IMG/VR virus record: IMGVR_UViG_3300044970_000547
Location: 1-42,042 of that record
Source of the DNA: a virus
Lineage: Duplodnaviria; Caudoviricetes
DNA length: 42,042 nucleotides
Reading direction: 5' to 3' (one strand)
Every line of letters starts with the position of its first letter. The first letter of the stretch is position 1. The position numbers were made by a program, and so were the translations under genes. Shown one piece after another: positions 8,104-15,648 of this stretch. The notes below the pieces were generated by a model, which searched no databases, was not told where the DNA came from, and saw only the letters and a program-made list of their open reading frames with translations.

Positions 8104-8916
8104 ATGCAACTAGGTAACATCACCGTCCAATCCTCTGCCGACAGACAAGAACTGTTGACCATGTTACTATGGGGTAAACCTGCATGTGGTAAGACTGTCC
8201 TTGCATCTACTGCCCCAGGTAAGAAACTATGGTTACAGTTCGATCCTGCTGGCACAGCATCACTGCGTCGCAGTGAGGATATCCTCGTAGCTGACTTCGC
8301 AGGTTACAAGCCTGCACAGTTAGAGAACTTCAAACAAGGAGGTATCATTGAGAAGGACTTGCTCAAGCTCATTGCAGAGCAAGGTGTAAACACCATTGTC
8401 GTTGATAGCCTCACGTCATTCGGACAGCTTGCACTGTACTATGGTATCAGTACAGGTAAGGCTAACCGTGGCACATTCCGTGCGTCTATCGAGGCACCGG
8501 GCCAGACAGGCTACGGTGTGCGATCCGCAATGGTCCTTGACTTCTGTGCCATGGTCCTGCGTGTAGCATCTGACACTAAGTGTCATTGCATATTCATTGC
8601 TCACGATCGTGAGTCAATGGATGATGACGGTAAGCTAAGTGAGATTACACTCTCACTTGGTGGACAAGGTGCGACAGTGCTGCCTGCTAAGATCAGTGAG
8701 ATGTGGCACATCGAGGACACTGGACGTGAGCGACTGATCTACACACGTAACCACGGTATCAAACGTCCTATGCGAACACGCATGTTCCTTATGGATGATA
8801 AGGTTACGAAGTTCGTATGTCAGTATAACCAAGTTAACAGCACAGGTGACGGTATCACACAGTGGTATGAAGCATGGAAAGCGAATGGCTTTAACCCTGT
8901 GCCTGCACCGAAGTAA
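8104..8916 (+). CDS. AAA_24 / Sak4-like ATPase (recombinase)
   Basis: Walker A GKPACGKT, Walker B IVVDSLT, FIAH; lies between the nuclease and the SSB. Confidence 0.8.
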   Translation: MQLGNITVQSSADRQELLTMLLWGKPACGKTVLASTAPGKKLWLQFDPAGTASLRRSEDILVADFAGYKPAQLENFKQGGIIEKDLLKLIAEQGVNTIVVDSLTSFGQLALYYGISTGKANRGTFRASIEAPGQTGYGVRSAMVLDFCAMVLRVASDTKCHCIFIAHDRESMDDDGKLSEITLSLGGQGATVLPAKISEMWHIEDTGRERLIYTRNHGIKRPMRTRMFLMDDKVTKFVCQYNQVNSTGDGITQWYEAWKANGFNPVPAPK

Positions 8917-8964
8917 CCCCATATCTAGTGGCTAACACCGCTAGCTCCGCACCATATGTATGGC
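8916..8964. promoter_or_regulatory. tandem NrdR-box-like operators
   Basis: ACCCCATATCTAGTGG (8916-8931) and GCACCATATGTATGGC (8949-8964) versus consensus acaCwAtATaTwGtgt. Confidence 0.5.
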
Positions 8965-8993
8965 TTGACATAAGATGCGTGATCTACTATACA
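8965..8993 (+). promoter_or_regulatory. sigma70-type promoter of the SSB gene
   Basis: TTGACA-17 nt-TATACA. Confidence 0.7.
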
Positions 8994-9023
8994 AGCCTTG
9001 TTGCAACAGAGAGTTAAACATCC

Positions 9024-9437
9024 ATGACTGAAATCAGTTCTGTCTACGAATACTCGCAGGACATTGCCTCTGCCGAAGCGCCGCCTCCGCTGCCCACGGG
9101 TGAATACCGTGCGTCAGTGCGTAGCGTTGAAGCTGCTATCTCTAAGTCGAGTGGCAAGCCCATGATGGTGCTTACGTACTACGTCAGCCCTGACCAGTAT
9201 CCTGCGGACTACACGGAAGGCAATGCCGACGGTGAGACGCTGACGTTCTATCAGCCGCTCGAAGACACGCCCCGTAACCGCTTCCGTCTGCGTAAGTTCT
9301 GTGAGATGCACGGTGTCGTGCCGTCGCGTCGCATCAACCTGCCTGACTTCATCGGTCAGGATGTTATCATGAACGTGTCTCATGAAGACTACCAGGGTAT
9401 CCCGCAGGCACGCGGTAACCCGGTCCGAGGGGCTTAA
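9024..9437 (+). CDS. DUF669-like single-stranded DNA-binding protein
   Basis: PLPTGEYRASV...SKSSGKPMMVL...FRLRKFC...FIGQDV pattern; follows the AAA ATPase. Confidence 0.75.
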   Translation: MTEISSVYEYSQDIASAEAPPPLPTGEYRASVRSVEAAISKSSGKPMMVLTYYVSPDQYPADYTEGNADGETLTFYQPLEDTPRNRFRLRKFCEMHGVVPSRRINLPDFIGQDVIMNVSHEDYQGIPQARGNPVRGA

Positions 9438-9444
9438 CATACGT

Positions 9445-9489
9445 TAGGGCACATTTCTCATTGACAATGTGCCCTAGCCTTGCTACATA
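9445..9489 (+). promoter_or_regulatory. promoter whose -35 is embedded in an 11-bp inverted repeat
   Basis: TTGACA(9461)-17 nt-TACATA with TGn; TAGGGCACATT / AATGTGCCCTA flank and overlap the -35. Confidence 0.65.
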
Positions 9490-9539
9490 CAATCTCATGA
9501 GGCACAGACCTCACCTACTACAGCAAAGGTTCATAACAC

Positions 9540-9812
9540 ATGGCTCGTTCTCCGAAGACTGACGACACTGGCGCCGCGAAGCCGGCTCGTACGCAGGGTC
9601 CGCGTAAGCTGTTCCTGGTCCTCAAGCCTGGCACCGATGTTGCCGCCATTCGTCAGTCCATCTCCGCCGTTACCTTCAACGGCCGTAAGATGCTCGACAT
9701 GATCTCGGGTTCTAATGAACCCTGTCCGTTCCTGACTTACACGATTGTTGCTGACAAGCGTGGTAAGCCTGCGGATGACCTCGTTGCCGATGGCAGCGCG
9801 GAGCAGGTCTAA
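9540..9812 (+). CDS. hypothetical protein, apparently monocistronic
   Basis: 90-aa ORF with AAAGGT SD, own promoter and downstream terminator, strongly C/T-ending codons. Confidence 0.8.
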   Translation: MARSPKTDDTGAAKPARTQGPRKLFLVLKPGTDVAAIRQSISAVTFNGRKMLDMISGSNEPCPFLTYTIVADKRGKPADDLVADGSAEQV

Positions 9813-9877
9813 CTTCCCCTACGCGGCGTGGATGCGTGGCATCCCGCAGCGGCCCGAGTAGCGAAGGCACGCCGCCT

Positions 9878-9914
9878 AGAACCCCACTGGTAGTCCCCAC
9901 CAGTGGGGTTTCTT
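9878..9914 (+). terminator. intrinsic terminator
   Basis: AACCCCACTGGT / ACCAGTGGGGTT stem followed by TCTT. Confidence 0.7.
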
Positions 9915-9934
9915 AGCTACATAAGGTATCCACA

Positions 9935-10198
9935 ATGAGTTCGTATGTATCCGATCCCACTGATAAAGTCACAGTGCCTCGTCCTATTCCATTAGAACAC
10001 CGTAGAGGTATTCGTAACCTTAACTCACACGGTGCGCCATTGGCTGTACGCATTCATGTCGATGACATTGAACTGCTAGATGCAGAGGCACATGTGCTTG
10101 GTATTACACGCGCTGCGTTAATACGATGGTTCGCTGTGCTAGGTGCGCAGGAGCTGCATTATCAACGTACGCGTGTACGAAAGGATGTTACTCCATGA
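9935..10198 (+). CDS. ribbon-helix-helix (CopG-like) DNA-binding protein
   Basis: LAVRIHVDDIELLDAEAHVLGITRAALIR strand-helix-G-x-T-R-helix pattern. Confidence 0.7.
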   Translation: MSSYVSDPTDKVTVPRPIPLEHRRGIRNLNSHGAPLAVRIHVDDIELLDAEAHVLGITRAALIRWFAVLGAQELHYQRTRVRKDVTP

Positions 10199-10629
10199 AG
10201 TTGTCAATCGAGATTGATAACCTGTTGACATGTGCAACTGATATCCAAGCTAAGGCTGGCGATCAGGTTGTGGTCTACCAAGGTGCGGTGCTTTGTGTAT
10301 ACAAGGCTCCGTTGATCTTAGAAGATGCTGCTGTTAAACGTAAAGATATTGTGACATGCACAGAGACTGTGTTATCAACGCATGATCTAACTGAGTCTAG
10401 GCGCAGAGCCATCCTTGCAGCCATTGCTGAATATCCAGGACGTGCGTTGCGTATGCTACGCAATCTTGCACCTAAAGCATTCCCTATGGGATGCAAAGGT
10501 TGGATGATGTGTATGCGTCATGAGCAGTTGTTGGAAGTGCAGGCAGGTGATGGTCCGGCACAACGTGGTACACGGTACTTTATCACGGATAAAGGACGCG
10601 CCTATCTAGGTGGAGCAGCACAGCCATGA
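10195..10629 (+). CDS. protein with a C-terminal winged-helix-like domain
   Basis: ATGA-coupled start 10195; RRAILAAIAEYPG...RYFITDKGRAYL. Confidence 0.6.
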   Translation: MKLSIEIDNLLTCATDIQAKAGDQVVVYQGAVLCVYKAPLILEDAAVKRKDIVTCTETVLSTHDLTESRRRAILAAIAEYPGRALRMLRNLAPKAFPMGCKGWMMCMRHEQLLEVQAGDGPAQRGTRYFITDKGRAYLGGAAQP

Positions 10630-11915
10630 GTAATGAGATTACACTAGAGCAGCTTGATGACAAGCAGCGTCTAGCTGTAGAACAAGGACTAGATGTAAGT
10701 AAACGCATCTCTGCTGTCGCTGGTCCAGCGGGTAGTGGTAAGACTACTATCATGCGTATGATCTACAATGGACTCAGTGACGCAGGTTACGTAGTTAAGC
10801 TCGCTGCGCCTACAGGCAAGGCTGCTAAGCGTATCCGTGAGGCTACTGGCTTACCGGCTGGCACGCTACACATGCTGCTAGAGTATACTCGTCCATTAGA
10901 GATTGACGAGAAAACTGGTAAGCCATTCGGTGACACGTTTCCACGTCGTACTAAGGAGAACCCACTGGAATGTGATGCAGTCATCGGTGATGAATACATG
11001 ATGGTTAACCATGAGTTACACCGTAACCTCATTGACGCATTGCAGTCAGGTGCTAGGCTCATTGTCCTCGGTGATGTATCACAGCTACCGCCTATTGAGA
11101 GTAGTCCTATCCTAGCGCAGAAGCCTGCACCGTTCAAGATACTCCTTGATAAGTTCAATGGCATTTACTTAGACAAGGTACATCGCACCGCTGATGACAG
11201 TGGCATTCTACTGAATGCACAGCGCATCCTCGGGGGCACAGCACCTATGCCTAACACAGACTTCACACGGATCATCACAGATAAGCCTGTCGATGTACTC
11301 GTTGCTGCATTAGACAAGGCTGACTACACTGCATTGAACAATCAGATCATCACCCCTGCTAACAAGTCATGGGTTGGTACATTGAAGCTCAATGCTACAC
11401 TACAGACTGTCCTTATGGACAATGATCGTAATACGATCAGCTTACCACGTAACAAGTGGGACGCATCCAATGCCGTCCGTGTCGGTGTTGGTGATAAAGT
11501 CATCATGACTAAGAACTGGTACGACCTCGACTGCGAGGATGGCAGTAAAGGTGTATTCAACGGTGAAGTAGGTAAGGTAATCGAAGTCAGTGACGTAGAG
11601 GAAGTAGTCATAGACTTCGATGATCGCATCTGTCGTATCCCTCCTGCTGTTCAGCTAGTGTACAATAACAAGGTTACTGTCGGCTATCCACAACGTGATA
11701 TCCACCTAGCCTACGCAGTGACTACGCATAAGGCACAAGGCAGTGAGTACGATCACATCGTATATGTATTGAATAAGTCAATGCTTGCGATGATGAACCG
11801 TAAGAACATGTATACAGCCTTGACACGTGCAAGAAAACATGCTACATTGATTACTGACATGGCGTCATTGAGCATGAGTGTAACGACTAAAGAACCGAAG
11901 GTGTTTAGTAAATGA
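10626..11915 (+). CDS. RecD/Dda-like SF1B helicase
   Basis: GPAGSGKT, AAPTGKAAKR, DEYMM, GDVSQLPPI, YAVTTHKAQGSE, YTALTRA. Confidence 0.93.
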   Translation: MSNEITLEQLDDKQRLAVEQGLDVSKRISAVAGPAGSGKTTIMRMIYNGLSDAGYVVKLAAPTGKAAKRIREATGLPAGTLHMLLEYTRPLEIDEKTGKPFGDTFPRRTKENPLECDAVIGDEYMMVNHELHRNLIDALQSGARLIVLGDVSQLPPIESSPILAQKPAPFKILLDKFNGIYLDKVHRTADDSGILLNAQRILGGTAPMPNTDFTRIITDKPVDVLVAALDKADYTALNNQIITPANKSWVGTLKLNATLQTVLMDNDRNTISLPRNKWDASNAVRVGVGDKVIMTKNWYDLDCEDGSKGVFNGEVGKVIEVSDVEEVVIDFDDRICRIPPAVQLVYNNKVTVGYPQRDIHLAYAVTTHKAQGSEYDHIVYVLNKSMLAMMNRKNMYTALTRARKHATLITDMASLSMSVTTKEPKVFSK

Positions 11916-12487
11916 GTATGCAAAAGCGTATCATCCTATTCAATGGCCCACCACGTAGTGGTAAGGATACTGCTGCATCTTTCATCTACAGTGCTAACCC
12001 ATTCATTCATTGGTTCCGTATGTCGCAGCCATTGAAGGATATGGTATCAGCGTTCTTCACACTGAATAGCACTGATGCTAAAGTCATTGAGCAGCACAAG
12101 GATAACAAGTTACCGCTACTGTTTGATAACACATTCCGTGAACTACAGATATGGTTCAGTGAAGAATGTGCTAAGCCTAAGTTCGGTCGTGACGTATTCG
12201 GTCGCCTAGCACGTAGACGCATTGAGAATGCACTATCAAAGCTACACATCTGTAGTGACTGTGGCTTCATTGAGGAAGCTATCCCACTACTAGACCTCGT
12301 TGGTCCTAAGAACATGCTTGTTGTACAAGTCTACCGTGACGGCTGCGACTTCACAAAGGATAGCCGTAGCTACATCACACTCCCTGGTGTGAAGACTATC
12401 AAGCTGGTAAACAGCGGTTCCATTCGTGACTACGAATACAACGTCAAGGCGGCAGTTAACCTATGGTTGGAAGCACAGGAGAGCTGA
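11912..12487 (+). CDS. deoxynucleoside monophosphate kinase
   Basis: NGPPRSGKDT P-loop, PLKD, RELQI, SDCGF, DSRSY motifs of phage dNMP kinases. Confidence 0.8.
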   Translation: MSMQKRIILFNGPPRSGKDTAASFIYSANPFIHWFRMSQPLKDMVSAFFTLNSTDAKVIEQHKDNKLPLLFDNTFRELQIWFSEECAKPKFGRDVFGRLARRRIENALSKLHICSDCGFIEEAIPLLDLVGPKNMLVVQVYRDGCDFTKDSRSYITLPGVKTIKLVNSGSIRDYEYNVKAAVNLWLEAQES

Positions 12488-14148
12488 ACCGTAAGTTCGT
12501 AGAACGTGCTACAGCCGCAGGACTGTCCTATGACTGCCTCGGTGATGGCAACTTCAACAGTGAAGTTGTCATCGTATCCGAGGCACCAGGGCCGCGTGAG
12601 ACGCAGCTTAAGCTCCCCCTCGTAGGGGGGAGTGGACAGTTCCTGTGGAAAGTGCTAGCACAGTTTAACTTACGTAGACAGCATTGCTACATTACTAATG
12701 TAGTGAAGAAGCAGTTAGTCGATGGAGTGAAAGGTAAGGAGGGTCTATCGAAGAATGAGCTTAGTCATTGGAAAGCATTGCTAGATTGGGAACTGTCACA
12801 GTTACCTAATGTTAAATACGTACTCGTACTCGGTGGTCTAGCACTAGAAGCACTAGTCGGTGACACTGGCATTGAGAAGTGGCGTGGCTCCGTCGTCAAT
12901 GACGGTAAGCGTACGTTCGTTATCACATACAATCCTGCATTGCTAATGCGTAAGCCTAACTTAGAACCTATCTTCTACCTAGATGTGTCTAAGTTAGATA
13001 CAGTCATGCGAGGCCAATGGTCTGAGTATCAGATCGAACACTTGTACGATCCTTCACCGAAGGAGGCGATACAATGGTGTGATCGCATGATACAAGAAGG
13101 TAAGCCTATTGCATTAGACATTGAGACTACTGCTGGTGAAACTGCATGTATAGGTTTAGCCAACGATGCTCACATTGGAATGTGCATTAACTTCAGATCA
13201 CGTACTGACAATCGTTGGTCGCTTTCTGAGGAACGTGAAGTTCGCAGAGGTATACAAAGGGTACTCCGTCATCCGTCCTCACGGATCGTGGCGCAGAACG
13301 GTGGCTTTGACTGTGGATGGTTATGGTATAAAGATCGGATACGATCCAAGCCACTATGGCTCGACACACTACTTGCACATCACACACTCCACCCTACGTG
13401 GCCACATAATCTTGCGTTTCTCACCGCACAGTACACGTCGCATCCTTACTACAAGGATGATATCCATGAATGGAGAGAGGGCGGTGATATATCAACTTTC
13501 TGGATGTACAACGTCAAAGACTGTTGCATCACCTGGGAGGTGGCACGTAAGCTAGAAGCTGAGCTACGTCAGCAACAGATGTGGGACTTCTTCCATGGCC
13601 ATGTCATGCGACTACAGCCGCATCTTATCACTGCCACAGTGTTGGGTAACGACGTAGACTTACGTATGCGTGAGCAGCTTAACCATGACTATGGACTAGA
13701 GGTAGACCGTCTAGCGGCTGAGTTCAAAGCTGCTGCACGTATTGCTGCTAATGATCCAGAGTTGGATGTTAACCCTCTCTCACCTAAGCAGCTAGGCTTA
13801 CTGCTGTTCCAGAAGCTACGGCTTATCGGTAAGACTACATCGACTGATGAGGCTAACCGTAATACAATGATTGAGAACCCTCGTACACCTGAGGATGCAC
13901 GGCGTATGCTAGTGCTACTTAATGAGTTCAAGGAACAGCATAAGCTGTATAGTACATACATCACTGCTGCTGTCGATCCTGATGGACGTATGCGTAGTGA
14001 CTACAAACAGTACGGTACACAGTTCGTGCCCGGACGGCTATCATCTAGTCAGACACTATGGGGCAGTGGCATGAACTTACAGAACCAACCTGAGCGGTTG
14101 CGTGGCATGTTCATTGCACCGAAGATTAAGATACCGGAGGGTATGTAA
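12463..14148 (+). CDS. DNA polymerase A, N-terminal part: UDG family 4-like domain, 3'-5' exonuclease and thumb
   Basis: SEAPG...VGGSG...YITNVVK...TYNPA (UDG-like); LDIET, QNGGFD, YNVKD (ExoI-III); NPLSPKQ, STDE, GRLSS, NLQNQP; stops just before motif A. Confidence 0.92.
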   Translation: MVGSTGELNRKFVERATAAGLSYDCLGDGNFNSEVVIVSEAPGPRETQLKLPLVGGSGQFLWKVLAQFNLRRQHCYITNVVKKQLVDGVKGKEGLSKNELSHWKALLDWELSQLPNVKYVLVLGGLALEALVGDTGIEKWRGSVVNDGKRTFVITYNPALLMRKPNLEPIFYLDVSKLDTVMRGQWSEYQIEHLYDPSPKEAIQWCDRMIQEGKPIALDIETTAGETACIGLANDAHIGMCINFRSRTDNRWSLSEEREVRRGIQRVLRHPSSRIVAQNGGFDCGWLWYKDRIRSKPLWLDTLLAHHTLHPTWPHNLAFLTAQYTSHPYYKDDIHEWREGGDISTFWMYNVKDCCITWEVARKLEAELRQQQMWDFFHGHVMRLQPHLITATVLGNDVDLRMREQLNHDYGLEVDRLAAEFKAAARIAANDPELDVNPLSPKQLGLLLFQKLRLIGKTTSTDEANRNTMIENPRTPEDARRMLVLLNEFKEQHKLYSTYITAAVDPDGRMRSDYKQYGTQFVPGRLSSSQTLWGSGMNLQNQPERLRGMFIAPKIKIPEGM

Positions 14149-14149
14149 C

Positions 14150-14371
14150 ATGAATATCAGTGAGTGGTCAGTACAAGACTTTGCTAAACATTACGTAGAC
14201 ACGATCTACTCTCAACCCAATGCTTGGGGACAATATCTTAGTCCTATCTTTGGACAATCACATTCGATCCTCTATGCTATGTCAAAACGCTTTGATCCAT
14301 TAGATGCAGCTAACGCAGTCGATAGCGCACTTAGAGAGCACCGTAATGGCACACATTCAACGTGTCCGTGA
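14150..14371 (+). CDS. small ORF (73 aa) inserted between the two polymerase halves
   Basis: GGAGG SD at 14136-14140, ATG 14150; MNISEWSVQDFAKHYV...; frame differs from both pol halves. Confidence 0.6.
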   Translation: MNISEWSVQDFAKHYVDTIYSQPNAWGQYLSPIFGQSHSILYAMSKRFDPLDAANAVDSALREHRNGTHSTCP

Positions 14372-15140
14372 AGAACAACTACACTTTGTATACTTCGATG
14401 GTGCCCAAGCAGAAGCACGTATCGTAGCATATGAAGCTAACATAGCTAAGTGGAAGGAGCAGTTTGAGAATGCAAGACTTAACCCAGGATCGTACGATGC
14501 ACATATTGCGCTTGCGTCTGAAATGTTCAACGTATCCTATGGTGACGTACCAACGTATGATTATGAAGCGGACGGAAAGCTCACGCTACGAGGCATTAGC
14601 AAGAGGTGCCGTCATGGACTTAATTACCGGATGCAGTCTGCAAGGCTTGCCGGAGTCACTGGTATGTCGCTTACAGAAGCTAACATTGCCTTTGATTTGT
14701 ACCATCGTACAACTCCTGAACTCCGACGCTGGTGGTCTGACATTATCAATGAAGTACAATCAACTAGAGTACTCTATACATGTCTCGGTAGACGAATGGA
14801 GTTCCTCGGATCAAGGATAGATGAGTCACTCATTGATAGTATCATTGCATTCAAGCCGCAGTCTACACTTGGTGACTTCGTATGCGGTGTGCAGTGGAAG
14901 GTACAGGAGGATGACGAGTGGCCACTCTATGCCAGAGTGCCATTTAACAATCATGACTCATTGACTGCAATGTGTCGTGAGAAGGATGTACAGCTAGTAG
15001 CTAGGCTACTACGTAAATACGCAGAGGCACCTTTGATTATCAAAGGTGAGCAGTTAATCATCCCTGCTGACTTCAAGGAATCATTCGCAGATGAACAAGG
15101 TATGCACCGATGGAGCAACTTAAAGAAGTTGAAGATGTAG
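14346..15140 (+). CDS. DNA polymerase A, C-terminal catalytic part (palm/fingers)
   Basis: Motif A FVYFDGAQAEAR, motif B RGISKRCRHGLNY, PQST, motif C NHDSL. Confidence 0.92.
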   Translation: MAHIQRVREEQLHFVYFDGAQAEARIVAYEANIAKWKEQFENARLNPGSYDAHIALASEMFNVSYGDVPTYDYEADGKLTLRGISKRCRHGLNYRMQSARLAGVTGMSLTEANIAFDLYHRTTPELRRWWSDIINEVQSTRVLYTCLGRRMEFLGSRIDESLIDSIIAFKPQSTLGDFVCGVQWKVQEDDEWPLYARVPFNNHDSLTAMCREKDVQLVARLLRKYAEAPLIIKGEQLIIPADFKESFADEQGMHRWSNLKKLKM

Positions 15141-15637
15141 TTGATGACTTCGTAGCTAACATGCGTTACATCACATGGAGGCCTATCCAGTTGGCTAGGC
15201 ATCTAGGTGATGCAGGTTTCACTGGACCACGAGGGTGGTGTAGGGGTGCATACTATGCTCCATTAGATGTAGCACAAGCTGTTGCTGACTTTGCAGCATT
15301 CATTGCTGAACGTCCGTTACCGCATGTGCCTCATAGGCATAGACAAGGTGCGACAGTCCGTGAGGAAGTAGTGGCGCTAGGTGCTGTATTGCATGGATAC
15401 ATGGATGTAGTTCAACTGACGCCTACGCAGTTAGCGTATCATTGTCATTGCTCGCCACACGCAGTGCGTGGTTGGTGGCGTGGTTGGTCTAGCCCTCCTA
15501 CTTATCTATTAGAGCCACTGCACCAATGGGCACGCTATATCCGTGAACATCCATTCCCACAGTACAGGAAAGGAACACATGGTGGACCGCGTTATCAACA
15601 CGCAGGTAAAGTTACAGAAAATCCTCTGCATAAGTAG
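15110..15637 (+). CDS. tandem HTH-like repeat protein
   Basis: Two internal repeats P.QLA.H...RGW.RG...P...A..I.E.P.P. Confidence 0.6.
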   Translation: MEQLKEVEDVVDDFVANMRYITWRPIQLARHLGDAGFTGPRGWCRGAYYAPLDVAQAVADFAAFIAERPLPHVPHRHRQGATVREEVVALGAVLHGYMDVVQLTPTQLAYHCHCSPHAVRGWWRGWSSPPTYLLEPLHQWARYIREHPFPQYRKGTHGGPRYQHAGKVTENPLHK

Positions 15638-15648
15638 GACACAACTTC

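Noticed and set aside
14146-14348. Group I intron or intein in the polymerase
   Set aside because: AAGACT and TTAGTCC faintly recall R/S elements, but there is no room for P3-P6 and no homing endonuclease motif; a stop codon and frame change exclude an intein
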